64,000 nucleotides of DNA from Lama guanicoe (taxonomy: Eukaryota): the NCBI GenBank assembly GCA_013239625.1, contig MU054187.1, positions 21,455,280-21,519,279 of the forward strand, in the 5' to 3' direction. The notes under the pieces are model-generated. The model had not been told where the DNA came from. It made no database searches and saw only the letters and a list, made by a program, of their open reading frames with translations. The translations under genes were made by a program, and so were the position numbers. Numbering within the stretch: the stretch's first letter is position 1; each line of letters begins with the position of its first letter. Of the stretch, positions 1 to 11,944 are shown piece after piece.

Positions 1-3000
1 TGACAATTAGCCAGCAGAAGCTTCAATGGGGAGAGCAAAATAAACAAAAAGACAAACAGGCTGAAGTTTTTGGAGAATTTGCTGATGGATGTGTGTCTGT
101 GAAGCTGCTGACATTATAACTGGTGTCTTGGGAGAAAACCGTCTCATCTGCTAAGAATGGACCCTTAAGGGCATCTCAGCAATAGAAGATGGGGCACCAT
201 GTTCACGAAGCACAGAGTCTACATCTTTATTGTGACATTCATTGCATTTACTACAGTTAGCTGCAGGTTGATTTCTCTGTGATTCCACAGAAGCACAAAC
301 AACGTTTATAGCTATTTACCTAAGACAGCACAGGACCTGGCACATTCTGTGTGGTCAATAATTATTTGATCAGTGAAAATGAATAATTGGTAGCGTTTCT
401 ATTTTCTTCTTAATAGAGCTGTCGGATGTAATAGACAGTAAATAAAAATGAGCATCCAAGTATACATGCCTACTATTTTTTTCTTCAGGTTCTACTGGGG
501 GGAAACGCAGTTTGAATTGAAATAAGTCACGTACAATGATCAGACTTACCAGGTAATTAGTAATAAGTTCAAGTTTCCATTTTTATTTGTCCTTACAGAC
601 TAAGCCTGGAAGCATAGAGTATTTTCTGGTAACAAATGGGAATCTGGCCAACCAGTGATCTTTGCATTAGCATTCTAATAACCAAAGGCCAGCGTGCCAC
701 AGTGCCGTGTCACAACTAATTCATGAAACTAGGTCCAAAGGCTCATTAAAATGGTCACAATTCAGTGACTGCCCAGTAAAATGAGACTACAGTTTCATTC
801 CCATAACAGTGAATATTTTAACATACTATTAAGGATATATTTCAAGTGTTAAAACTAGCTTTGATTCTGGGAATGGAGAAACAACAAGATTAGAAAGCCA
901 TTTACTTTTGTGCAAAATTGGTTCCACTCTCAGCTTTAGGCTTCCAAATGCTTCAAATGTTCATATTTTAGAGCCCATACTTGCATCTGCAAGCCTGGTG
1001 TTTTCTTTGCTTTTTTTTTTTTAACTTAGAGTAAAAATAATTCTGGGCAGCTCCAGCAGACCACAGGTCTGTGAACCTACCGGGCCAAGAAGTCTCAAGT
1101 AGCTGAGCTGAAAGTCAAATGTGTTTCCCCTGCGGCTGCCAGACAGATCTCCCTAGAGCATCCCTTTAATCATACATCCTCCCCCCGTGATGCCAAAACT
1201 CCTGGGGCTTCAGAGTATATTACTCTACAGGCTGCTTTCCACAGCCAAACCGGGATTAGGTAGGTTGGAAAACGCGACATCCAAAGTCTGGTTAAGAGCA
1301 ATGAGAGGGTAGGGAAAGTTCTAGAACACGAGTCTGGTGCCGCTCCAGTTCAAGGCTGCTGCTGACTCTCCGACAGTCACCTCTCCCTCAGGGCAGGGGT
1401 AAGATATCACCCTCTCCTTCTAGTTCAGTGCCTGGACCATGGGCCATGCTCACTAACAAAGACAATTGCAGCGAACTGAGCTAATGATGCTAATATGAAA
1501 GCCATTCAGTGTCTCAGTATCTCAGACACCTATACACATGGCCTGGGAAGAATGATTCCTGCTGTGCTCATTTCGCAGGATTGTTCCGAGGATCTAAACT
1601 CATAATAACTGCAAAAACACTTTTTAATGGCACTGGGCTTATACTAAGGTAATATATGGTTTTATGCATTCACTTGTCAAACAGAACAGACTATTTTCTT
1701 TATATCCTGAATTTTTATTCAATGGAACAGTAATGAATCCCTAAATCTTCTAAATGTGAACAATAAAAGACTCTGAATGACTTTTCCTGGAAGTCTATAT
1801 GCCATGGCTGAATTATTTAAACATTTACTTAAACCTGGGGAAGGAAACAAAACCAAAAAAAATCCCAAGAATAAAGATATTACATTTAACTAATTTCTAT
1901 AGAAAAATATTTCTTTTAATTTTTTTCTCCATCTAAATAGTAACATTGGTAACCTTGGATGCCTAATGATGCTGTAAGTTAGATGTCAATTCAATATCAA
2001 GGTCAGATTTCTGTAGAAATGACAGATACCCACAGGGATCACTAGTGGTAGAGGTAAGCAGTGTAAATAACGTGTAATTTAAAACATCAATTTATCTTCT
2101 CAAATAAGGATGTTCCAAACTGAATACATGGCAAAGAAGTAAATGTGAAATATTTTTCTAAGTATTTCAGAGTATCTTGTCAACCAGTGTTCTGGGGCAC
2201 TCTGTCTTGCTGGATGTTAGTTAATAAGTGCGTGGTGCAAAAAATACTCTATATTCACATATATATAAGCATTTGAGTTAAAGACAACTGAATGCAAATG
2301 CTTCTTTTTTCCAGACTTTTATCCTTTAGTATGCATTGCAGATATCTGAGAAAGGCATATGTTATAGCATTTTTACCAAACTTGTTTTACTGTAATTTAT
2401 TTGTTTGGTGACATAGTTATTAACACCTTCCAAGACATTGTTCAGATAAATACCACTTTAGGAAATAGGCTGACAAAGTGTGTTTGGCTAGACACACTGC
2501 ATTCCCATGCAAGGGCGTTACTTCTGATGTGTATGAATTTACTTAACCAGTGGACTCAGAGAGCATTTCCTGGGTAAACAGCATTGTGACTGCGACGGGT
2601 GCTGAATGGCATAAGAAGTTGAGTGAAGTTATGACTGCCCTTTAGAATTTGAAATGAAAGCAAACAAACACTCAGAAGTCGGTGCCTGTGGAATGATGGA
2701 ATAAAGTAAAATGAAGGTGCAAGAAGGGGGAGCCACCACTGTTTGGGTGTTGAATTGGAGGTATCTTCCCAAGAGTCAAAAGCAAGAGGTAACACTTTTA
2801 CTACCATCTCTAGTAGTACCCTCACAAGAATTGTTCAACTAAATATAACTGCATGAGTTGACATATCATTTCTGAGGATGGTGCTTTGTTGCGAACCATA
2901 CCTGTCTCCATTTGCCTCGTCTCATTAACCTCAAATCAGAATACGTTCAGCTCATTGACTTTTTTCAGTTCTGTAACTTTATAGTTATTTCTGTCATGGT

Positions 3001-3589
3001 ATATTGACTTCACCTATCTAGCTTAAAAAAATAAAGAAGGAAAGAAAATCAATTAACTTTTTAGAGCATTAATATATTTGTAAGTAATTTACTGTGAAAA
3101 GATTGGAGTTAGTACCCAACAGGACATTTTTTCAGTTATTTAAATCTGAGATTTAATATAAGAAGACTAATTTTGGAGTACATTATTTTTTTCAATAATT
3201 TTGCAACCTCAAAATAGATACAGGGTCTGTTCTAGAAGCCTCTTGGTCGGTCCTGACAGAGGCTCATAATGTCATATGACAAAATGCAAGTAGCTCCTCC
3301 CCCTCCACATGGAGGGCTTGGTCTCCAGTCACGGGCTAGGCAGGTGTGATGTGCAGTGCACCGGAACAGAAACTTTTCAAGAGACTTCTTTCTAATGGTG
3401 CTTATCTGGTTTTACCAACCCTCTCTGCAAGAATATGATTCTCATACTCAGATACCAGAGTCTGCCAGCTTGGTGCGTAAGTACCCCTGTGGGTACTTCT
3501 GAATAATAAATAGGAATTTAACTAGGATTTTTTGGCCATTCTCCAAAGAATGTGTCTAGAATAATTCAACTGACATCCTTTCTTGAGGA

Positions 3590-5180
3590 TAACATAAGAT
3601 CTCTAAATATTAGTGCTTGGTATGAATCTGCTTGCAAACTTGAGAATTTAAGCATTTTAAGTTTATTATAAACTACCAAATTATTTTCCAAAATAGCTGT
3701 ACTAATTTCTGCTTATACCTGCAATGATCTTTTTGTTTGTTTGTTTTTAACTCCAAAACCTCACCAACTCATGATCTTTGTCAGACTTCTAAATTGTTGT
3801 CAGTGCAATGGGTATCAATTATATGTCACAGTGTTTTTTCATTGCATTTGCCATTACTAGGTTGAGAATCTTCTCTTGTGTTGAATTCAGCATTCGTACC
3901 TCGTCTTCTGTAAAGTGACTTTACTAGTTTTAGCTCAATTTTCCATTTGTTGGTTTGTCTCTTTTTCCTATTAGATGAATGAATATATATTCCAGACACA
4001 AATCATTTGTCTAGGATTTCTTCATCCAGTTTGGGACTCTTCTTTCCATTGTCTTTATGTGACTCTTGATGGGCAGAAATTCTTAATTTTAATGTGGCAG
4101 AATTTATCATTCTTATATTTTAAGGCTAGTGGTTTTTATGTCTGGTTTAAGATTATCCTTCCAAAGTTTGATCTCATAACAATATTCTAGTATATTTCTC
4201 CCAGAAAGTTTTATATCTTTTCCCCTCACATTTTGGTTTTGAATCCAGTAAGTAACTGATTTTTCTCTAGGATGTAAGGTAGACACCCAGTTTTCACATT
4301 TGTCCTTGGAGTAATCAGTTGTTACCACATCAGCGCAGTCTATCTTCTCCTCACTCATCTTCTGTGCCAACTCGATCACAGTCCAAGCAAGTATCTATAT
4401 ATGCTATCTCCTTTTGGGGTTCTCTGCTCCATCGGTTCATTGTCTATCTTTGTACCAAACTATGGTTTTAATTACTAATTACTACAGCTTTAAAATAAAT
4501 TTTGATAAAGCAATTTTGCCAATTTTTTTTCTTGCAGTATATCATGGCTATCTTGATGTTTTGCTCTGTCATATAAATTTTAGAAGCAACCTGTCAAACT
4601 CCACACAGATACAAAAAGAGCATCTGAGGATTTTACTGGGAATACATAGAATCAATCAATCAACTTGGGGAACATTGAAATGTTAATTATATCAAGTCTT
4701 CCAATTTCTCTTTTTATGTAAGGTAACTGTAAAGTCTCCCAATACAGCTTTAGAATTTTCTCCATAAACATCTTTCAAATTTTATAATGTGTTTATCCCC
4801 AGGTATTTTACTTTTATACTATATAAATGGCATCTTTTAAAGTTATATTCTTAAATATGTATTGCTATGCAGAGATATGCAATTAAATTTTGTATGTTGG
4901 CTTTGAGTCCAACAAATTTACTAAATTCTCTTATTAACAATAATCTGTGGATGCTTTGAAGTTTTTATGTGGACCCACGTATTATCAGCAATTATGATGG
5001 TTTCATTTCTTCTTTCTGATTTTGATACTGTTTTGCTGTCTTACTTCACTGACTGGGGTATCCAGTGCAATGTTCTATAGAGTTGGTGATAGGGAATGCC
5101 CTTTTAAATTCCTTGATCTTAAAGAATGTGCCTGGTGTCTCATATGGATTTTATACAGCTATAGATATTTTCATGTCAGA
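3590..5180 (-). mobile_element. Old, degenerate LINE-1 (L1M-type) ORF2/3' fragment, antisense
   Basis: T-rich tract with typical antisense L1 phrases (ttttccaaaatagctgtactaattt, cattgcatttgcc, ctctgtcatataaattttagaagcaacctgtca). ORF 4113-4379(-) resembles decayed L1 ORF2. Boundaries approximate. Confidence 0.75.
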
Positions 5181-5182
5181 TC

Positions 5183-6065
5183 CTCAAAAGATTACTGTTA
5201 ATTAAAGAAAACGAGTATCTCAAGTTAAGGAATTTAGCACTTTTCTATATATGGGACGATGCAAAAGTCTGGGCTCACTGAAATTATTCCTTTTGTTACC
5301 AGGAGGAGGGAAATGAATGTTACCTCGGTTCTTAGTCACCTGAAAAAATGAATTTCTAACGGGAGACAGACAGTTCGATATGAACAGTTTTATTAGTGAA
5401 GTTAAATGTAGTAAAATATAGTGCCTTCCTGAGAACTGGGGGCGGACTAATCTAAGAAAGGAAAAATGGTCCGGCTCCTTTGTTTTTCCTGTTTTTATAT
5501 CCTGGCTTGGGGGCGTTTTTTGTGATTGACTGATTGATGAGTCATGTTATTTGAGTGCTCAGGCTGACTGACAGCTCATGTTCCTAGTGCTCAGGCACGC
5601 CCATGTCTTTTGTGCATGTTCTTACCCATGATGCGCACAGAGAAACCTACGGGAGGGGGCTCAAAGTGCAATGTTAATTACATTGTAATGAGCACTGGGT
5701 CAAGTTAAACAGGGTCCTTCTCTCTACTGCATTCGATCCTAGCTGGCGTCTTTGCTGGCCTTCATTTAGAGAAAGTAAAAGTTTTTGGAGCCCCTTATCC
5801 TGAGCGTAGGCATACTGTTATTTTCTGGGTGGCTCCCCACCTTCCTGTCTCCTTGCCTGGTGCTCATTTCTATCTAACTGCCGACCACTTTGATATGCAC
5901 AGAGCTGTCTAAGGCTAGTATCCTGTGCTTCCCATCCTGAGGTGCATCCCTTCAGGGTGCACCAGCCGGACGGCTGCAAAGCGATGGTTTGAGCTGCAGT
6001 GTAATGATTTGATGGCCACAGCATCCTTTGTTTACTGATATGGGAGGAAGCATTCTTACTCCCCA
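5183..6065 (-). mobile_element. ERV1-type solo LTR (cetartiodactyl MER41_BT-like), left end missing, split by a nested LTR
   Basis: tcaaaagattactgttaattaaagaaaac...gggctcactgaaattattccttt rejoins gatatgcac...gcatcctttgtttactgatatgg...ctcccca across the insert. Family assignment is from memory. Confidence 0.7.
5294..5887 (-). mobile_element. Complete 594-bp solo LTR (ERV1-like) nested in the previous LTR
   Basis: Starts TG (tgttaccagg) and ends CA (ctgccgacca), with a perfect 4-bp TSD cttt (5290-5293 and 5888-5891). Minus-strand TATA (gtttttatat 5491-5500) and AATAAA (tttatt 5389-5394) are in the correct order. Confidence 0.88.
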
Positions 6066-7029
6066 ATTAGATGATTATACGTTTCCTCTCCTTTAATGTG
6101 GGCACTGTCTCCTGTCCTCTCTGATCGACAAGGACATAAAAACTAAAGCTCATATTCAAGCTTCAACAAATGTCTTCATAGAAACAAGCCAAGTTCAGTG
6201 CTCCATTTCCATCTGAGTTGCTACTTCCACTCAGATGCAGGCTGCTGTAAATGCCTTACTTCCTTGCTAACTCAATGCTGTGTTTTTAAAAAGAGATACA
6301 TTCTATTTCACCTAGACATTCGGGGTGTTTTTACAGATCGGTGGCTCATCCATCCCCAGTACAGTGTATCTAGTCCCCTGGACAAGAAATAAAAGTGTGC
6401 CTTCCTTTTCTGTGAAAATAATGCCCCTCACTTCTTTCAAAGCTTTTCTTGAAGTTCACCTCCTTTAGATTTTCCTTTTTATCATCCTCTGGAAATTTTA
6501 ACTTTATTAAATCTAGTTGTTTTGTCCTTTCCCAAACTTTCACCATCCACCTTTATAACAGTTTTACACATGTTTTTCTTTTAAGATTGAGGTTGGTCAA
6601 TTATATACAATTATTCTTTTGTTGTGTACTTAAGCATCTTCTTGTCTTTTCTTAGAGACTTTATTTTAAATTTTTAGTTCACGAAGGCAAAGAATGTGCT
6701 CTTATTCTCCTGATCACCCCAGAACTCTGTAACTGTACATTCCAATTCCTGAGTGCATTTTGTTGTTCCTTTAGTAAACCTGGTATGCTTTACATCTCCG
6801 CCCTTCCATACACCTTTTCTACGTTGGTGGGAAAGATATTACCAAGGGAAATGTAACAATTCCCCTTAGGAACAAAGCTCCATTCCATGCAAATGTCTAT
6901 ACAAACTGAGACATTCCTGGCAAAAATCCAAATCAGTAGGGAAATCTCATTCTCTCTCTTTCTTAGTCTGTCTGTCTCTCTCTCTCTCCACTTGTAGTAA
7001 GCATTCCTGATCCCCCACCTCGTTCAACG

Positions 7030-7216
7030 TTTTATTTTTTGTAGTACTTTTCACCTTCTAATATGTTATATAATTTTCTTATCTTGTTGCTTAGTATCTA
7101 TCCCCCCCTAATAGAAGGTAAGTCTCACAAATCCCTGTTTGGTACATGATGTATCTCAAATAGTGCCTGGCCAAGAGTAGGTGCTCAGCAAATACTTGCT
7201 GATTGAATGAATGAAT
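7030..7216 (+). mobile_element. L2 3' end fragment
   Basis: tagtgcctggccaagagtaggtgctcagcaaatacttgctgattgaatgaatgaat is the L2 terminus. Confidence 0.75.
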
Positions 7217-7331
7217 GGCATATAACATTTACATAGACAAATAGCAAAAAGAAAAATGCAGCTTTGTATTTTCCTTTTCTCATATGCTTTACTATTTTCT
7301 TAATCCATGCTATTTTATTTTATGCTTTCAG

Positions 7332-7407
7332 ATATCAACATGGCAGGAGAACCCAAACCATATAGACCAAAACCTGGAAATAAGAGGCCCCTTTCTGCAC
7401 TTTATAG
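7332..7407 (+). CDS. RALYL: RALYL internal coding exon A (76 nt; end of RRM plus linker): (D)[24 protein letters not shown](R)
   Basis: Pyrimidine tract ttttatttatgctttcag acceptor (AG 7330-7331) and donor ag|gtaagt (GT 7408-7409). Phase 1 in, phase 2 out. Translation matches the RALYL peptide as I recall it. Confidence 0.97.
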
Positions 7408-7689
7408 GTAAGTAAGCAAGAGCTATTTTATGATAGTGAAAATTTCTTGCAACTTCAACCTATAAGGAGTCAAATATTTTGAAGAACAGTCCTTACTGGC
7501 AGAAAGTCCGGCAAAATGCTGGTGGGCAGCATGTAAATATATCAAGCAGCATTGTCAGGAATCTTGTCTAACCTCGTCTCCACTTAAACAACCCTTCTAC
7601 AAGATATTCCTCTAATAAAATTTAATACAAACCACTCATGACCACCTGACAAGTGGTGGAGAGGTCAGCATCTGCTGATGACTGCATGC

Positions 7690-7850
7690 CATGCAGGTGT
7701 TTTACATACGTCACTTAATTTAATTTAATTTTCACAGCGACCCTGCGACGTCGATACCGCTCCTCTCATCAAGAACCTGATAGGCAGTTTCTTAGAGACC
7801 TTCCCAGGTCACACCACTGGAAACAATGGTGTGTGTACTCAGACTCCTGC
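7690..7850 (-). mobile_element. MIR fragment with a GC-shifted core
   Basis: tttacatacgtcacttaat...cacagcgaccctgcga...ttcccaggtcacaccact resembles reverse MIR. Confidence 0.6.
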
Positions 7851-7919
7851 TGGCTGATGCCATACATAGGGTAAAATTCTTTCCAGCTGACCATTCAGCC
7901 TCTTTTGATACAAAGTACA

Positions 7920-8460
7920 TGTCGTGGGACAGGTGGGCCGGTCACGGGTGGTAAAAGAATTCACCAAAGACAATGAGAAATTAAGAACAAAGGGAAAGTT
8001 TAATAGATACGCTGCTATAGGCAACAGCGGGCCACAGAGATGAGAGATGCCTGTGGGAGCCCGAGGGTGAGTCCACAGGGTCTTTTACTGGGGGGAAGGG
8101 GCTGTGAACACAAGGGGTGGGGGCTGCGTGATTAATTCGTGCACAAGTACCTGATTTGTTGTGAGATCTGTTAGGGACTTCTCTGAACAACAGGATTTAT
8201 GACTCTGATAAGGACAGGATGTGTGGTGAGACCAGTCCCCCTGTATTGTGAGACAGGCCGTTTCCCAGGGTGGTTAGTTTCGTTAGGGTGAGCACAGATC
8301 AAGAGAAGATATATTTATCTTGCAGAAATGCAGGTATACGAAGGTCCTGCATGAGAGAGTAGGGGGTTAAGGTGTCAGTCGGCTCCAAACACATGAAGAG
8401 CCCAGGAGTTGGGTTTTATAAACTTTAGAGAAGCTTCAGAGAGCGCGAGCTGGCTCCACA
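7920..8460 (-). mobile_element. Complete 541-bp solo ERV LTR (class II-like termini)
   Basis: tgtcgtggg...ggctccaca (TG...CA) with a perfect 5-bp TSD gtaca (7915-7919 and 8461-8465). Minus-strand ATTAAA (tttaat near 7999). CpGs retained. Confidence 0.85.
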
Positions 8461-10323
8461 GTACACGTTCATTTCACCCCCATTTCTCCAAACCAGCAAA
8501 TGAAGTCCTTCTCAGTAACTGATCCCTTTAACCTTTCCTAGTATGCTTGGGTCCGAGTCAATTTAACATTCTGGTTTTCCCCCTCTCCATGCCCCAGCTC
8601 AGCAGTGTCTACACTTATAATCTCAATTCTGGGTGGACGGAGTCGCTTATACTTAGCATCTTCATTGTTCTCTATATACTGCTATTAGGTTAAGGAAAAT
8701 TCAGTTGATTTGGAGAAGACAGCAACTGTAAACTCATGGAGATTTTGATTCTGTAAAAACAGCCACTTCTGAAACACACAAACACACCAGTGTTCTGCTG
8801 CTAAGCCATGTGCCCACTTCCTGTATCTGCCATTGGCTTCTGTAACTTAAGTGCTGACTTTGCATCTCTCTCTGGTAAATTCCCTTTTGTTAGACTTAGC
8901 TGATGTTCCGGGCTCCTGAGATCGCCTATTATCCCATTTATCTGGTCCTGTCCCAGATACATATCTTCACTCCATCAGTGTCCACATCCAAAGAGCTAAT
9001 GTCAGTGGTGAGCAAGACCCCCCAGCCATTTCTTCTGATGTCATTTGGATAAAGGAGAATTGAGTCACACATCCCAAAATTGATTCTATTCTGACCTCGT
9101 ATAGCAAGAAAGTGCTCAAAAGGTAGCCTGGAGCTGTTTCCTTGTCTTTGTTCCCTGCAAATTAGCATATCTCCTTTTCGGCTGCTCACAGTCTCATTTC
9201 TCGAACTACAAAATGAAAGGGTCAGACCTGGGTGAGTTCTAAGGTCCTATTGATAACTAATGTCCCAGGGCTCTCTGCCGTATGACCATCAGAGATCTTA
9301 AAAGATACACTAGAAGCATATCTTAATTGTTCTTTTCATTTTGGCTGTGTACATTTATTTTTAATAAATTTTAATAAACATTTTTACATAAAAAAGGAAA
9401 GCTTAACCAGTGTGGATAATTTGTCATAAGGCAGTATTGATGTTAAAGGTCAGAGATGAAGTCACCAACAAAAGGCAAATGATACTTTCTGTACCTTATT
9501 TGCAGTAAAGGACATTTTATAAACTGAGAAAATGCTAATAATCTTTGATCAGATTCATTTTAAAATGTGTGCACAGAGCTGCAGCTAATGCAAAACATTT
9601 GACAAGTCGTAATTTCGATTATTAACAGAACAAGCTGTCGATGGCTTTTATTCTTATCGAAGAGCTGCCACTGTCTGTGCAATGATGTTAATTTTGATAA
9701 TTTCCCTGTTCTTGGAGTGTGTTGATTTTCTTATGAGAACAGAAGCTTATGGCAAGAAACAAATGTCTTTCTAACTGTTATTTCTCTGTTTCTAAGTTAT
9801 GTGGAAGTTGTGACTTCGGAAGAATTAAAAGCAGAAGTTCATTTAAGACTGATATATTGTATACAAATCACATTAGTGGGGAAATGCTTATTTATTCTAT
9901 TTTCGTCTGTTTACACAAAATAAGGCTGGGGTGTTCTGAAGCTGCAAAGTGGTAACAGAGAAAACAAAAGAGAAAGAACATGCAGTTGACAAAGGACTTT
10001 TATACCCAGGCCGTCATTCTTACATAAGCTTAACAATGAGAATACCTTACTTCTGTGTAGACAGACTGTGTTTTCATAGTCATTATTCATCTGTTCACCA
10101 TGGAACTCCACAAGCTTGGGATTCTGTGCCTTGCTTTAGAGATGAGAAAACCAAGTTTCCAAGACAGTGAAGAATTCAGTCCGCAGGAAGGTAACAAGAT
10201 CAGGAACTGAACGCTGGTTTTCAGCCTTCAAGTCTAAAGATCTTGTCACTAGATATCACAAGTTCCCATATTTACTCACCTGCTGACATCTAAAATCATG
10301 CAGATTCTAAAAAGCTGAGATTT

Positions 10324-10474
10324 GGGGTAAGGGGTAGCTCAAGTGGTAGAGCGTGTGCTCAGTGTGCATGAGGTCCTGGGTTCAATCCCCAGTACTTCTT
10401 CTAACAATAAAGAAAAAAAATTAACCCAGTTACCTCCCACAACAAACAAACAAACAAATTTTAAATAAAAATAA
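10324..10474 (+). mobile_element. tRNA-Ala-derived SINE (camelid Vic-1-like)
   Basis: Head ggggtaaggggtagctcaagtggtagagcg (A box) ...gggttcaatcccc (B box), then an A-rich tail. 16-bp TSD taaaaagcWgagattt (10308-10323 and 10475-10490). Confidence 0.9.
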
Positions 10475-11331
10475 TAAAAAGCAGAGATTTCCATCCACCA
10501 AAACCAATAATCAGTTATGTTTCTGTCTGTGAATATATCACAGCGGCAGGTGACAGGAAAGCCTGTGCGCTACACACAGTATAAAACCAAGAGTGGCCAC
10601 CTCGTTGTGTGATCATAGGGCACGGGTTTTGAGCTGCAAGTTCTTTGTCTCACAAAAGAGTTGTATGATTTTTCATGGTAAGATAAAATGGAATCGTGGA
10701 AGCGAAAACCGTTAGCTCAATGTAGGGAATATGGCAGTGGCTTGAAGAGGGGTGGTTTCTGCTTTCCTGTTCTTTTCATCATTGGGTCTGTTTCCTTATC
10801 TGTAAAATGAAAGAGCTGGAACCATTTTATTTGTTCTTTCATGCGTTCTTTCATACCGGACGTACTTACTGTGTGTCTACCATGGTCTAGGCACTGAGGT
10901 GGCTGCTCTTCTAGGCAAATGATGCCGAAAATGCCAAAGCTGCAGGGCAAGGAGAGATTGCAATGAAATAAAAGTGAACTATTCTTATGTATATAGGGAA
11001 CCTCTGATTTACCTTTGTGCCCTAAATTGCTACACCTCTTTATTTACTCCATTGGGGATGTCAGTGATCTGCTATCAGATTTTCTTCTTCACCTTTGTCC
11101 TTTTTATCTGCATCATCAACCACAAACTCATATTTCCATGGAATATTCACTGAGGCATTACTTTGACTTGCTACTTCTTTTAAAAGAATTTTCAATTCAG
11201 CCAAATAACCTTCAGTAAGCATTTATCACGTGCTAAACTAAGATGGTATATGAGGAAGACACGCGTTTTTTGTAGCCTAGTGAAACTTCAAAATATTAAT
11301 GTCTTATACATGAATTAGATGTACATATAAC

Positions 11332-11940
11332 TAATACAGGAAAATATGGGGCAAGAAGAAGGCCATGTCCCAGGTCTCGGCTGAGTCCCTGGGATGAGCC
11401 ATGCCAGGTGTTGGTCCTTGGCTTCGTGTAGGGAAGAATTCAAGAGCAAGCCACACTTGAGTAAAAATATATTTATTCAGAGAGATACATAATCCATAGA
11501 ATACAGGCTGTCTCAGAAGGCAAGAGAAAGGCCACAGGCATGGGGGTAGGTGTTTAGTTTAAACGAAAAGTAGATACTCCATAGACAGAGTGCGGTCCAT
11601 CTCACTCAGAAGGGGCAGTGGCCACGAGGTTGTGGGGGGGTGTTAGTTTTTATGGGCTCAGTTACTTTATATGTTAACAAGTGGTTGGATTATTCCAACT
11701 ACTTTGGGGAAGGGGTTGAGATTCCCAGGAGTGGGGCCACCACCCATTTTTGACCTTTTATGGTCAGCCTCAGAACTGCCGTGGCGCCTGTGGGAGCGCC
11801 ATTTACCAAGCTAATATATTCTACAATGAGTGCATAATGAAACTCAGGGTCTACTGGGTGTTGCATCTCCTGTCGTCTTGGTGTTAATTGCTGTGTCATT
11901 CGTTGAATGGCTGTGCCCTGCCCCCTTCCTTCCTGTCTCA
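11332..11940 (-). mobile_element. Solo ERV1 (MER4-group-like) LTR, copy 1
   Basis: Minus strand begins tgagacaggaaggaagggggcagggcac and ends catattttcctgtatta. Near-TSD taac/taag. Aligns end to end with 13482-14138. Confidence 0.9.
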
Positions 11941-11944
11941 TAAG

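Noticed and set aside
2540..2795. Alternative coding first exon ending gag|gtaaca (2788)
   Set aside because: The ATG at 2711 reaches the donor in phase 0 while exon A needs phase 1. The phase-compatible frame has no ATG after an upstream TAA, and there is no promoter evidence.
10324..10396. Functional tRNA-Ala gene (also at 33128)
   Set aside because: Mismatched stems, SINE body, A-rich tail and TSD show a retroposed SINE.
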